In this document: positions 20,932 to 32,556 of the stretch, in pieces | Layout: the number at the start of each line of letters is the position of its first letter | Position numbering within the stretch: the first letter of the stretch is position 1 | The notes under the pieces: generated by a model | Told to the model about the DNA's origin: nothing | Database searches by the model: none | The model's input: only the letters and a program-made list of their open reading frames with translations | Assembly (NCBI GenBank): GCA_963713605.1 | Contig: CAVQMO010000010.1 | Location: forward strand, 128,001 to 192,000 | From: an uncultured Nitrososphaerales archaeon | Lineage (GTDB): Archaea > Thermoproteota > Nitrososphaeria > Nitrososphaerales > Nitrososphaeraceae | DNA: 64,000 nucleotides | Direction: 5' to 3' | Position numbers and translations under genes: made by a program

Positions 20932-23061
20932 TTGAAGAGCAAGGGTAAGGAACCATCATCTTCATATTCCCAGTCTAAGACCTCATCTTCTAATCTTAGG
21001 ACTAGTTCTCGCTTTTCCTCTTTTATTTCTATCCTTCGTAACCGTACTTTTATCATTTACACTCTCATACCTGCGATAATTCTTTCCATAATTACAATTT
21101 TCTCAACTGATCTTAATGTCTGGAAACTGTCAGAAATTCACCATTTCTACATAGAACTCTTCGCTGTAATACTAGGATCGATTCTCGCATTCTACTATAT
21201 TGCCCGTGCCCATACACTGAACGATAATTTTAGCCGCTTTGTAGGCTTTGGATTTCTTGTCGCCGTTTTAATCGATTTGCTTCATGTTGTTATATCATAT
21301 GCCTATATGGACAATGTGATGTTTCTAAAATATTTCATACCACAGACGTGGTTTGCCGGTAGAATCTTCCTTAGTGCAATGTTAGTTATTGCGATTGCAA
21401 AATATCCTACCTTTTCAGGTGAAGAGAAGAGGAGAAACGATGAAATATTAGAATCTACAGCAAAAGCAGAATTAACAAAAGAAGATGAGGGTAAAGAGGA
21501 ACTGGGGTTTGAAGTAGAAAAAAAGAGCGTTCATGACACTAGGAAAGCAGCAGTTACCCTGCATGATGCGAATGGATCCGATAGAACCTTTGCAGTCTAT
21601 TTAACAATCCTTTCAATATTGGCAGGGAGCGTAGCGCTTAGTTCACTGTATCTTGTATTACCTTTTTCAGTAATCGATGAAATTCTATTGCATAGACCAT
21701 ATGAGATTCCTTCGCTAATTTTATTCATAATTGCTCTCATCCTGTTCTACAAAAACCAATTGTACAAAAAGACTGATATATTCTATAAGGGAATACTAGC
21801 ATATCTTATCATCGATATTTATGCACAGATTATAATGTCTTATTCTGCGCTGTCATTTGACGCTCCTCACAATATAGCTCATATCTTAAAAGACGCAGGA
21901 TACTTTGTGAATATTATTGCACTAGCACTTTCAAGTATTCAATATAACGTACGGTTAAGAGATAGCAATCAGAGTCTAATTGATAGTAACGTTAGACTAA
22001 AGGAAAGAGAGGAAGTGATCCGTATCCAATATGAACGGCTGAAAGAATCAGAAAAAATTAAAGACGAATTTATCAATACAGCTGCGCACGAACTTAGAAC
22101 TCCCATACAACCGATATTAGGATTGGCTGATATCGTGAGATCTAGGATAATAACATTAGATGAATCAAGTGGCAGAGTTGTCAGAGACGGTAATAATGTC
22201 AGAGCAGAGGGAGTACTTCTGTTACTTGATGTGATCATCAGAAATGCTAAACGGCTAAAACAACTCACAGATAATATACTTGATGTAACAAAGATTGAAA
22301 GTCATTCATTTAAACTCAATAAAGAACGATTTAATATTGAACAATTAATTGAAGAGACTGCAGAGGAACAGAATATCACAATTAGCGATACAACAATCAC
22401 AAATACAGAGGTTAAGATTCTATTAGCGGTGAGTAATAAAGAGATAGAAGACATTGCGAATATTGATACGGCTGTAGCCGTTGTGCCCGCTGTTAATGTT
22501 AAATCATCCACTATTGCTACTTCCAATAAAGATGAAAATAAGATATCAACCATGAGGGGTGCCAACAAAAAAGATAGTGGCAATGCCAATGCGGTTCTCG
22601 AATCATTTATGATAGAGGCAGACAAGACAAAGATTTCTCAGGTTTTGTCCAATTTATTGCGTAACGCGCTATCATCTATCAGGTTAAAGACTGGAATAGA
22701 AGAAGGCAAAATAACCATTTCAGTTAGTAGGACAGAGAAAAGGATGGGAGAGAACAAATTCAGAGTGGCCAATAAGAGCCATGATCCTAGTAGCACTTCT
22801 GATAGTAATGATGAGATTATCGTAAGCATAACAGACAATGGACAAGGAATACCTACAGATGTAGCTCGGAATCTTTTCACAAAGTTTGTTTCTGGTTCTG
22901 ATTCAGGTACAGGATTAGGTCTGTATATATCTAAAAATATAATTGAAGCTCATGGAGGAAGAATATGGGCCAGGAATAATGATGCAATAGCGACAGATGA
23001 TGGAACGAATGCTATGACTTCTACGGGTGCTACCTTTAGTTTTGCCCTACCCATCTTATAG
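20932..23061 (+). CDS. Multi-TM (MASE3-like) sensor histidine kinase
   Basis: About 8 TM segments with DLLH/WFAGR/AHILK motifs; AAHELRTP, NLLRNA, DNGQG, GTGLGL. Confidence 0.9.
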   Translation: MKSKGKEPSSSYSQSKTSSSNLRTSSRFSSFISILRNRTFIIYTLIPAIILSIITIFSTDLNVWKLSEIHHFYIELFAVILGSILAFYYIARAHTLNDNFSRFVGFGFLVAVLIDLLHVVISYAYMDNVMFLKYFIPQTWFAGRIFLSAMLVIAIAKYPTFSGEEKRRNDEILESTAKAELTKEDEGKEELGFEVEKKSVHDTRKAAVTLHDANGSDRTFAVYLTILSILAGSVALSSLYLVLPFSVIDEILLHRPYEIPSLILFIIALILFYKNQLYKKTDIFYKGILAYLIIDIYAQIIMSYSALSFDAPHNIAHILKDAGYFVNIIALALSSIQYNVRLRDSNQSLIDSNVRLKEREEVIRIQYERLKESEKIKDEFINTAAHELRTPIQPILGLADIVRSRIITLDESSGRVVRDGNNVRAEGVLLLLDVIIRNAKRLKQLTDNILDVTKIESHSFKLNKERFNIEQLIEETAEEQNITISDTTITNTEVKILLAVSNKEIEDIANIDTAVAVVPAVNVKSSTIATSNKDENKISTMRGANKKDSGNANAVLESFMIEADKTKISQVLSNLLRNALSSIRLKTGIEEGKITISVSRTEKRMGENKFRVANKSHDPSSTSDSNDEIIVSITDNGQGIPTDVARNLFTKFVSGSDSGTGLGLYISKNIIEAHGGRIWARNNDAIATDDGTNAMTSTGATFSFALPIL

Positions 23062-23135
23062 GTTGTTACAACGTCTGAATAGTCAATACTAACTTAAAAT
23101 TCAGATCTTCAGTCATGGTACCTGAGAGAATGATT

Positions 23136-23162
23136 TTGTTGTTGTTGTTGTTGTTGTTGTTG
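23136..23162. repeat. (TTG)9 microsatellite
   Basis: Direct reading. Confidence 0.95.
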
Positions 23163-23736
23163 CAAACCTCGTCTTTTAGTTTTTGCTACAATTCTGATAT
23201 GGTTGAAAAATCTAGTTATCTAGATTAGGTAACTGTCATATGGCAGACTCAATAATCACCGCAAATCCAATTGACTTTCTTAACTATTTCTGTTTGCAGA
23301 CATGGAATTATATATCGCATATTGTTCAACTGCAGTAGTTTTCAGAAAAGTTGTTCTTAAATATTGTACTGTTTATGTGCACAAAGGTTGTCAGGATGAT
23401 TGATAATCCTAGGTCATAGCACAAGTGCCGATCAAAAATTCTAAAGGGTATTGCGTCATGACAAACAAATGGATTATTGATTGTTTTTTTTGTGAACAAC
23501 TACTTATTGAGTCTCTTATAGAAGATTTTACTTGAACTTAATTTACTTTTTTCACTACAGAAAGTTGAGTCACTAGTTACATGAGTTCGAAAAAACAGCT
23601 AGCATCCAAGATGAGTCTTAAAATAGACTAAATTGGATACGATAAGTAGTACGGGTATGACTAGCGTACAATATGACTTATTCACCCATATCTTATTACT
23701 TGTGTCGCGAAGAAGACTGGTTATCTGTCTCATTCC

Positions 23737-23982
23737 TTATTCCTTTATCACTTCGAATGTTGAGAGCGTTCCGTGTATAGATTCCGCTATCAGTCTGTGC
23801 GCTTCTGCTCCGCCCAAATCCTTCTCCTTGGCAAACTTCTCTGCAATCTGTATATGCCTATCGAACTCTTGTGATAACTGACTCATCATACCGGCCTTAT
23901 CTCGTCGGTTATTATTGTCGTCGAGGGTTTGACTGAGACTTGTGAGTCTATCAATTCTGTCATCTGTTGATGATCCCGACAT
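23737..23982 (-). CDS. Hypothetical helical protein
   Basis: 81-aa ORF with ATG start, plausible composition. Confidence 0.5.
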   Translation of the reverse strand: MSGSSTDDRIDRLTSLSQTLDDNNNRRDKAGMMSQLSQEFDRHIQIAEKFAKEKDLGGAEAHRLIAESIHGTLSTFEVIKE

Positions 23983-24300
23983 AATGTTAGCAGTAATGCT
24001 TTAATGTATTTAGCGGTTGGGCCATTCGAAGGGTATCAAATGGCTCTGAATGGCAGGCAGCACTTAACACAGTGGTATTTTATTGAATTAACAAGGTAAA
24101 AACAAGCCGGCGAATACATTCATGATGGCCATACTCTACTTTTCTCTATAGATTCATACAACGTTTGGACTCCTGACTCTGGGCTTTTGAATCTTCACTT
24201 TTTAATATAATATAACTCCATCGACACATGCATATGCTTTGTTAATGTCAGAACTGTATGGATATCCGGCTCGCAATTAGTACCTTCAGGATTATCTGGT

Positions 24301-24528
24301 CTATCTATCCGTCTCACTGCGCGGAGTGACATGACCGTTGCTGCAGATATACCACGGAAGTTTAATCTCAGCATTGAATTCAACGAAATCCCCATCCTCA
24401 TCCCAATATCCATCAGTAAACTTCATCTTTGGTACAGTTTGACCTGGATAAAGAATAACCTTACTCCTCTTACCTTCGGTCTGACACTGCGGACAGACTA
24501 CTTTTTCTTCATCTTCTTTTCCACTCAT
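24301..24528 (-). CDS. Small zinc-ribbon protein
   Basis: CPQC...CSNGH; TTTAAA TATA-like box about 30 nt upstream. Confidence 0.7.
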   Translation of the reverse strand: MSGKEDEEKVVCPQCQTEGKRSKVILYPGQTVPKMKFTDGYWDEDGDFVEFNAEIKLPWYICSNGHVTPRSETDR

Positions 24529-25026
24529 ATATCTAATTCTTAAATTGTCGACAATAGATTTAAATCAACTAGCCTGACCCACATCAGACCAGGTATAATG
24601 CCAGAACAACAGAGATACGAAATACAATTAGTAAATCGTCATGTGAAGTCCCTTCCTTTATCCAACTTCCTTTATCATTATCCATCTCAGTTTGTGGGGC
24701 ATAAGTTTGTTCCCCAACGCTGTGTTTGGTAAATGAAACGGGCGAAAGCAGTGTAGAGGTTAGCTGGTAAAAAATGACAGAGATCTTTAGTGTGGCTCCT
24801 ACTTTATAAATAAATGCGTCAAAACTAACGTAAGCCACGCTCATTATGTCACGCTTATATGACAAAACGAACTGAAAGTAATTATCTTATCAGACAAGAT
24901 ATTAGTAATAATACAATTCAATATATTTAGGATTCAAATTATTTCCAAAGTTTGTGAAAGCATAGCTATGACTTGAAGACAAATCAATTCATATCTCATA
25001 GAAAACTAATTAAATATTACAATAGT

Positions 25027-26661
25027 ATGCATAGCATGCCAAAAAACTCAACCCCTCAAAGAGCATTAGTCTTTCAAGGAGGTGGTTCATTGGGAGCATA
25101 TGAAGCAGGTGTATTTCATGTTTTATATCATTGGATTAAGAAAGACCTGCCAGAAAATGAGAATATATTCGATATAATTGCAGGTACTTCAATAGGTGCA
25201 ATTAACGCTTCTATAATTATAAATTATTTTCTAGAACAAAAACCGGAAAGTACTACTTTAAAAGAAGGGGTACCAATTAAAGTCTTAAAATATTGGAAAG
25301 GTTCTCCAGAAAAATTATTACGCTTTTGGAAAGAGATTTCTTCATATTCTATCTTAGATTATTCATTATTATTATTTAAAAATACATGGGATTTTTATAA
25401 AAATACAACTAGTCAAATGTTTCCATACTATAAGGATCTCATAGATTCAATTATTTCTGGCGAGTCATTAAGAAGATATTATTCTACAAAGAAAAGAATA
25501 GTATCTGGGGAACATCATGTCTTTAGTCCACTATTTTTTCCTCCCTTCCCCACACCTTTGTTTAATAAATTCTTTGATTACTCTCCATCAGCGGGGTGGT
25601 ATCAATATAGCAATCAACCGTTAAAGGAATTTATTCTAAATTTTGCACCTAAACTAAAATATGATTATAATTGTAAAGAGGGAGGCATAACAACAGATAT
25701 TGGACTTAATGAACCAAGATTCCTTTTAGTTGCGGCAAATATTGAAAATGCCAAACCAGTAACATTTGATAGTTATGATAAAAGTGGTATCTCCATAGAA
25801 CATGTTCTTGCTAGTGCTGCAATACCTATTAACTATCCATATGTCGAAATTAATGGGAATAAATATTGGGATGGAGGAATATTGAGTAATACTCCAGTGA
25901 GAGAACTTATTAGTAGGCATAATACATTCTGGAAAAAGAATGATTCTGAAGGTACGCTAACTTTCGATAAATGGGATGATTTTTATGAAATACAAAAAGA
26001 AAATAGTATTCCAGATCTTTTGTTATCTATAGTCAATTTGCATCCTGAATCAGAAGAAGGAGATCACATACCAACATTATACGATTATGATATGACAAAA
26101 GATAGAGAAAACGATATACGTTTTCATGACAAAACCGACTATGACATAAAGCTAGCGCAAGATGTGTCTGATTACCATGATTTTGCAAGAGATATGGCAC
26201 AATTAGCAAGTGATGCTATTAAAGTGATTGAAGATAAAAATGATATTGTTGATGGTCTTAAAAAAAGATTCGAAAATATACTAAATACTAAACAAAGAGC
26301 CCTGACAAGAACAACTAAAGAAAGATATTTTTCAGATTTAATATACAAGAGATTTGATATTTGTGATGTCATAAAAATACAGAGAAAAGATGACATTCAT
26401 ACAATTTCAAATAAGATATTCGATTTCTCTTCAAATACTATCTTAAACCTAATAGAAGAAGGAGAAAGAGATGCATTAAGTGAGATTGTAGTACATGAAC
26501 TAGAAAAAATGAAAAAAGAAGGTGTACAAGAGCAAACTGTTAGAAATGACAGAATTAATAACCAATTGAGAAAGTTTATTAAAGATGTAGAAATGGAAAC
26601 TACAGAAGACGATGAATATATTATCCAATGTGCTAAAAACAAACTAATGGAAAAAAAATAA
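25027..26661 (+). CDS. Patatin-like phospholipase/esterase with C-terminal extension
   Basis: QGGGSLGAY, GTSIG nucleophile, YWDGG; C-terminal KIFDFS. Confidence 0.92.
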   Translation: MHSMPKNSTPQRALVFQGGGSLGAYEAGVFHVLYHWIKKDLPENENIFDIIAGTSIGAINASIIINYFLEQKPESTTLKEGVPIKVLKYWKGSPEKLLRFWKEISSYSILDYSLLLFKNTWDFYKNTTSQMFPYYKDLIDSIISGESLRRYYSTKKRIVSGEHHVFSPLFFPPFPTPLFNKFFDYSPSAGWYQYSNQPLKEFILNFAPKLKYDYNCKEGGITTDIGLNEPRFLLVAANIENAKPVTFDSYDKSGISIEHVLASAAIPINYPYVEINGNKYWDGGILSNTPVRELISRHNTFWKKNDSEGTLTFDKWDDFYEIQKENSIPDLLLSIVNLHPESEEGDHIPTLYDYDMTKDRENDIRFHDKTDYDIKLAQDVSDYHDFARDMAQLASDAIKVIEDKNDIVDGLKKRFENILNTKQRALTRTTKERYFSDLIYKRFDICDVIKIQRKDDIHTISNKIFDFSSNTILNLIEEGERDALSEIVVHELEKMKKEGVQEQTVRNDRINNQLRKFIKDVEMETTEDDEYIIQCAKNKLMEKK

Positions 26662-26825
26662 TATACATCAAAATATGTTGATTCTGCTATCTGTTGCAAT
26701 AGACAGTATTATACTGACTCTTTGAAAGAAAGTAAATCAGCTGGGAATAGTAATGATGCCCCTCACAGTAGGGTATTGCACTACTTTTATGATCAAATTT
26801 AAATTATTGTGTATTGTGCTCTATA

Positions 26826-27005
26826 GTGCCCTCTCGAAATATATGTACAAGAATAGGTTCAATTTTTGGATATTATAGTGCAGGAATAAAGTATTGCGGC
26901 AGATGTGAAGTATATCTATTCCATGAGGGATATGCCTGTCTGTGTTGTAAATGCCCTTTACGCACTTCGCCAAATAATAGAAGAGGTAAGGAAAAATTAC
27001 GTACG
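26826..27005 (+). pseudogene. Thaumarchaeal-type small Cys-rich zinc-finger protein, probably decayed or fused
   Basis: NICTR...YSAGIKYCGRCEVYL...CLCCKCPLRTSP; boundaries approximate. Confidence 0.55.
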
Positions 27006-27429
27006 TTACCACTCGATGATGCGGTTGGGTTGGATGCCCAAGATAATCAGTATCAATATCCACAAATTGTTTTCATCCCGGACGATCCCGAATTTTGTAG
27101 AATATATAATGGGGGACAACCCAAAGTTGATTGTTCTCCCACCACTGCACGGTTGGTTGAGTTTCGTCATAATTCTGAAAATATCCTAAACACCTTACGT
27201 CAAATACCGGCTCCATGGGGGGCCATTATCTGTTCGCTTTTAGAACCTAGTTCATGTTGTCAGCAATTTATTGCAATTTTTGTCCTTTCTAATTCTAAGA
27301 CCATGTAATACGTTTGAATTGTTGGGACACCCACATCTTATTCATCATCAGAGTCAGAATCAGAATGATTGCATCTTCGGGAACAGGATTAATACCCTAT
27401 ATAGTCATTTACTTATACCACTGCTGCTG

Positions 27430-27822
27430 CTAATTGCCTCTGTTTCTACTTTTGTTACTCTTCCTACTATATTTCTCAAGAAAATGTTCGATGAGTTGAT
27501 GTTGAAGAGTAACGAAGTAATTACGGCGACCAAAACCATTATCATTGTAAACAAGAAGTCTTTTAGACTTAGGCAAATGACACATGGGCCTAAGAATTAA
27601 CTCCATCTCTTTTATCGAAGGCCTAAACCTCAAAAGTTTTCTCAGGTTGTCATCTGTAGACCAATACATGTTGTCGGTGATGCCTTGTTCCTTGCTGCTG
27701 CTAGTTTTGAGTTCTCCGATCGTAAGTCTTAGTCTTTCTCGATATTGTCTTTCTTTCCTTGAAATGGTAGCATCATTTTTATCATCTATATCTTCATCCT
27801 TTTCATGCAGATAGTCATTCAC
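27430..27822 (-). CDS. Hypothetical protein
   Basis: 130-aa ORF with ATG start. Confidence 0.5.
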   Translation of the reverse strand: MNDYLHEKDEDIDDKNDATISRKERQYRERLRLTIGELKTSSSKEQGITDNMYWSTDDNLRKLLRFRPSIKEMELILRPMCHLPKSKRLLVYNDNGFGRRNYFVTLQHQLIEHFLEKYSRKSNKSRNRGN

Positions 27823-27886
27823 TTCTTTAGGCTATAAGGTATGCTTCTCTTATTTAGCAATACGTTTTGTTGCCATCATAGGAAAG

Positions 27887-28292
27887 CTAACCAGTAAGGC
27901 GATCAAATTCTCCCAGTATGAAGACCGCCCCCGGAGTAAGCAATTCCAAGGACTGATTGTAAGATCGTTCACACCTTTCATCTTTTTCCATATTTGCAAT
28001 TACCTCCTTCATATGCTGGCGATCCTTGAAGTGGAGCAATTCCATCCAGACTTCCTCATCCTTATTGGCAGAAATTATACTGGCTATGCTAGCAAACCCT
28101 CCCATTGGTACATCAGTATTGCTGAGTTGAAAAACTTCATGATGTAGGCCACCATTCTCCTTAAACATGTCATTAGCTTCCTCGCAGAGACACAACATAG
28201 AGTCGTGGTTCCTTTTCGGGTACTCGGTAGACAATGTGTTGGACTACGCTGCTACCCCTTTTCTGGATCTCACCTGTATCTGATTTGTTCAT
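27887..28292 (-). CDS. DUF1428-like dimeric alpha/beta barrel protein; frameshift near 28219
   Basis: Restored MNKSD...VQHIVYRVPKRNHDSM...EEVWMELLHFKDRQH...GEF. Confidence 0.7.
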
Positions 28293-28889
28293 GGTCATAA
28301 CCAGACGAGTTATGGCTTATAAATATACAACGGATCAAAAGTATAGTTGACGCAAATCAAATGTACTGTGAAATCAGTTGTCATTGGAGTATGCTACTCC
28401 ATCACAATCTGAATCATCAATAACGGGACTAGGGTGTATCACACACATCACCTTGCTTTTCGACATCTGCATGTTACTGATCCTCATTCATAATGCTCGA
28501 ACAACAATTCCCCCAGCTAGCTATGAATCATTAGCAACATTCCATATGAATTTCTTGTCACATGCCTGCCAACATCATGTACCACTATGCTTAACCATTG
28601 TAAATGGACGCTATCTCAGGATTCACCAGTACGGAGTATATTTAAATGAATATATGATCGAGTATGTTATCCTAGAAAGTGATCGAAACTGTTCATGTAC
28701 GTGTGTATCGTAGTTGGCCGACTGCCTTGGGCTACAGAATAATGCCTTCTGTTATCCTGCTTCTGTTATCCTCACTGAATTTATCCCTGGTTAAAAATGC
28801 TTTTTGTTTCTGCTGCTACTCTCCATCGGCACGGATCGCAGCTATATGTATATAAGCCACTATTTATTCACACTATAATTAGTGAACAT

Positions 28890-29090
28890 ATGGGTTTATT
28901 CACTGTCCTATTAGTGGTAGTAGTAGTCCTTGCAATCGTCGGTATGGGATGGAAGACATTTTCAATAGGTGTGATCAATGGTTTTGATAGGGCCTTAGAC
29001 GTGGGTACACCTTTGGTTAAGGACTTGACCCAGCAGGCAACTGAGTATATTCAGGATCCTAGTTTAATTGAAACAAACCTTCATAATTAG
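28890..29090 (+). CDS. Small single-TM membrane protein
   Basis: MGLFTVLLVVVVVLAIVGMGWKTF; TATTTAT about 28 nt upstream. Confidence 0.7.
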   Translation: MGLFTVLLVVVVVLAIVGMGWKTFSIGVINGFDRALDVGTPLVKDLTQQATEYIQDPSLIETNLHN

Positions 29091-29252
29091 ATAACAATCG
29101 TTGAATGACTCTTGATTGCTCCGCATGTCTTGAAGAATTGATATTTGAATATCTTTAAGATTTAGGGCACGTAATACAATGGAGACTTGAAGCTATTATT
29201 GCAAGACAGTTTTACCTTTTTTAGTACACTTCAGGGCGATCAAGATTTATTC

Positions 29253-29943
29253 TTAGCTAACGCTTCTAGCAATTGTGTTTAATTCCTCTGGAGCAGTGAT
29301 CATTAAGTCATGCCCTTTCATTAATTTTTGATCCCAATCTGCCGGAGACTTTTGAGTATTAAATTGAGAATCGCCGAATCCACTACAGCAGACGTAACTT
29401 TTGGGTAACCCCTTTGCGAGTGGATTAATTATTCTTATGGGTTGATCGTGAGTGTGACAAGGCATTGGACACAGTCTAGTCCTCATCCGATTAATGTCAA
29501 CACTTTTAGCTACGCCAAACTTTTCTGGTTCGTATTTCGCGATGAATCATTCTTTGCCTTGTTCACTCATAGCTCTTTCCGTGTTGACGGTTTCTAAACC
29601 GATCCAAATCAAATGCACTCTTATTGTCTTGTGGTATATTTTAATCAAGATAACCAAGACGTCTGATTTTCTTAGGAATTATTTCTGCAACTCAACTCCT
29701 CTAATAACCAGCTTACCATAACTATGACGAACTAAGATAAATTCATCAAGGTCCCCATACTCAAGAACCTGGATTATATCGAGGATGTGAGTATACAATC
29801 CAATATATAGTTACCAAATAAACTTCTAGGCCAGCAGGGGTTAGTGTATACACACAAAATATCCGTGATTGTTCATATACGGGTTACTTTCTTCCAACTT
29901 CGTCCTCCATAATACTGATCTGAACAAGTACAAAGGTCTGCAT
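29253..29943 (-). pseudogene. Heavily decayed methylesterase-like alpha/beta hydrolase
   Basis: Fragments MQTFVLV...WKKV...THILDIIQVLEYGDLDEFILVRHSYG...YLD*...GHDLMITAPEEL with stops and frameshifts. Confidence 0.7.
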
Positions 29944-30122
29944 TTTCAATGATAACAACTGAGACTATTTGAATATCTTTCGGAGTTTTTTTAAATGACT
30001 TTCATGTATTGCACAATTAATACTGGAAAATGATTGGGAATTGGGACAGCATAATTGCTGATACGTCCAGACTAGAACTACGGTGATAAAACAGTATTCC
30101 TAGCTATCTCATAACTCATGTA

Positions 30123-30593
30123 TCATGTTTGATCTATTGTAATTGTTCCTGTCATTGCAGGATGTATCTGACAGAAATAAGTTAAATCTGTTCCAGCAAG
30201 TGATTCATTGTTGAAGACGTGTGAAAATTTTTCACCTGGTGATAAAGCTTCGGAATCGAATTCATTTGCCACATTTGGATCATCAGGACCTGTACCAGAA
30301 GTTACCGTATGAAATTGAGAATCACCATTAGTCCAAGTCACGTTCTGCCCTAACTTGACATTTGTGGATGCAGGGGAAAATGCCTTATTTCCTAAGGCTG
30401 CTGCACCTTCCGCAATTGTAACTTCAGCTGTATTCATTTTAAGATTCTGTACTTGTGAGTTCAAGCCATTCGAGCTAGTTTCATTGTCTGAATAGCCTTG
30501 TGCCCTAACAATAGGTTCCTTCGTCACACAGATTAGGGACGTTCCAGTGAGCAACACGATTGTCACTAGAACCAAACTACGTGTAATCATCAT
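30123..30593 (-). CDS. Secreted plastocyanin/azurin-type blue copper protein
   Basis: Signal peptide; VTWTN...HTVT and YFCQIHPAMTG type-1 Cu ligands. Confidence 0.92.
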   Translation of the reverse strand: MMITRSLVLVTIVLLTGTSLICVTKEPIVRAQGYSDNETSSNGLNSQVQNLKMNTAEVTIAEGAAALGNKAFSPASTNVKLGQNVTWTNGDSQFHTVTSGTGPDDPNVANEFDSEALSPGEKFSHVFNNESLAGTDLTYFCQIHPAMTGTITIDQT

Positions 30594-30930
30594 CTTCAGG
30601 TACTATAAACATCGGAGGATATGAACTAAACATAAATTAAAAACTTTACTTTATTAGGACAATAATTGTCATGACTATATTCTAACGTGGAAATCGGTTG
30701 AATTAACTAGTAGTTAAATTCGAGAATAGTAATGCCAAAAGAGGAATACGACTGAAAATATTCTTCCTGTTAGACAATTGGCAATAGATGAGAATAGGAA
30801 GGAGTATAGTAATCTTAAGCGATGTCACGATCGAATTAGAGTCGAACGGAAGCAGTATGATATTGGATTATTGCGTAAGACCAATAAATTCAAACTAGAG
30901 TGTTTTGGTTATTGGATATGAGATACGAGT

Positions 30931-31158
30931 ATGGTTGAAAGTAGCGGAAAAGAGACTAGAGAGGAGAATTTAGGCGGAGAAAATACGGACATTGAAAATA
31001 AGGGTGAATACTTTGAATGGATTTGTATTAGATGTAAGTGGGGAGCAAGAGGCCATGATAAAGGTGCCATCCTGAAAATTAACAGAAGACATAATGAACT
31101 TGGTTGTAGACAGTTTGCCTCTGAAGTAGAGTCAAAAGGTCTAAGGATAGACAATTAA
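30931..31158 (+). CDS. Small putative zinc-binding protein
   Basis: WICIRC...HNELGC. Confidence 0.45.
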   Translation: MVESSGKETREENLGGENTDIENKGEYFEWICIRCKWGARGHDKGAILKINRRHNELGCRQFASEVESKGLRIDN

Positions 31159-31349
31159 ACATCCAGACTATTCTTGACAGATTAACCTACTTCCCAAATA
31201 CAAATTGAGTAAAAGTAAGTCCTCATACTCTTACGACCTTAGAAGACTTAAGATTCGAATTATGTTATCAAATCGAATAGCACTTACATTATTTAAGAGG
31301 CTAAATGATCAAATCGGTAGGACAATTATTATGAAAATTGGTCTAACTC

Positions 31350-31877
31350 TACGGGGAGTTAACGAACTTATTCAAGCCCTAAAGAGAATTGGACAGACAA
31401 TATAGTCGAACATAAGGGCGAGTATTACAAAATTCCTCCATCAATAATTGGACCCAAGCCAGTTCAGAAACCACGTATACAGATTTATCTAGGTGGTTTT
31501 AGTCCAAATATGTTCAATAGGATTGTAAGATCTGATGCAAATGGCTGGTTAGGTATGGTCTGCTGGACCACTAGAACAACTCGAATGTATAGTGACGACG
31601 ATGAATGATCATGCAATTAAAATATGGCAAGAATCTAGATAGGCTCAACCACATTTTGCTATCATATCCACTAATCCCCGAGAGCTCAAGGGCAGGAGGT
31701 ACGAAAGCCCAAAGATTTCCGATGGCAGGAACGATTGATGAAATTGGAATGAATATATAAAGAATTAAAGAGATTGGAATTAGTCATATTATTTTTGGAT
31801 ATAATTTCACACCTATAGGGGAAGATATAGACAACGTGATTAGTATTACAAAGCGACTTTCAAGGTTTGGTAGATAA
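31350..31877 (+). pseudogene. C-terminal remnant of LLM-class F420-dependent oxidoreductase
   Basis: HKGEYYKIPPSIIGPKPVQKP.IQIYLGGFS...ANGWLG...GTIDEIG...GISHIIFGYNF, with frameshifts and a stop. Confidence 0.75.
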
Positions 31878-31889
31878 AACGGAAGGGAA

Positions 31890-32447
31890 CTACCCAACTT
31901 GGGCACTATTCATCTTCCATGTGAATACCTTTTCTGGACAAATCATTATGCATAGCTGACCCACACTTATTTTCTGGTATTGGGGATATTTTTCTAACAA
32001 CAAGCCTTGAGCCTTTTTTAGCAAGTATTGAGACTTGTTGCTGCGGCTGTTCATTTCTTGCTGATACAGGTGTAGTTGTTCTGGTTTCCTGTCTAGTCCA
32101 GTGTACCTTATTCTTTTTACGTCATCATATCCAGCAAATTTTCCAATCACAGATCCCTTCCCTTGAATCATTACGAAGAATAGTTTTGACCAGTCTTCGT
32201 CGTATTCATCTATTAGTAACGCAACATTCGGATTTTCTTGAATATTCCTTACTCGTCGTAGTCGTTCAGGATCATTATCCCTTTTAGGTTTTTTATCTAT
32301 CGGAATATAATAAGAGTTTCCATCGAATACAAAGACGACAGGTACAATATGCGGCTTGGCTTCTTCAAAATCGATAGTGGCTAGTCGGGCGACTCTGGCA
32401 TCATTTACCAAGGACAGGACGTATTTGTTATTGCTCTTGTCTACCAC
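31890..32447 (-). CDS. PPOX-class putative F420-dependent enzyme (Rv0121/TIGR03668-like)
   Basis: ARVARLAT...PHIVPVVF...IDKKPK...LRRVRNIQENPNVALLIDEYDEDWSKL...KYPQY. Confidence 0.88.
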   Translation of the reverse strand: MVDKSNNKYVLSLVNDARVARLATIDFEEAKPHIVPVVFVFDGNSYYIPIDKKPKRDNDPERLRRVRNIQENPNVALLIDEYDEDWSKLFFVMIQGKGSVIGKFAGYDDVKRIRYTGLDRKPEQLHLYQQEMNSRSNKSQYLLKKAQGLLLEKYPQYQKISVGQLCIMICPEKVFTWKMNSAQVG

Positions 32448-32556
32448 AACCTAAATAATAAGGCTTGATATAATAAAAATACTCTTAATACGAAATCATA
32501 AATTAACACTAGCATTAAGAAGTATCTCCCTCTTCAAGTTTCATTAGATTTAGTCT

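Noticed and set aside
24093..24143. Possible further copy of the GGTAG hairpin (AAGGTAAAAACAAGCC...GGCCATACTCTACTTTT)
   Set aside because: Too many unpaired positions to distinguish from chance.
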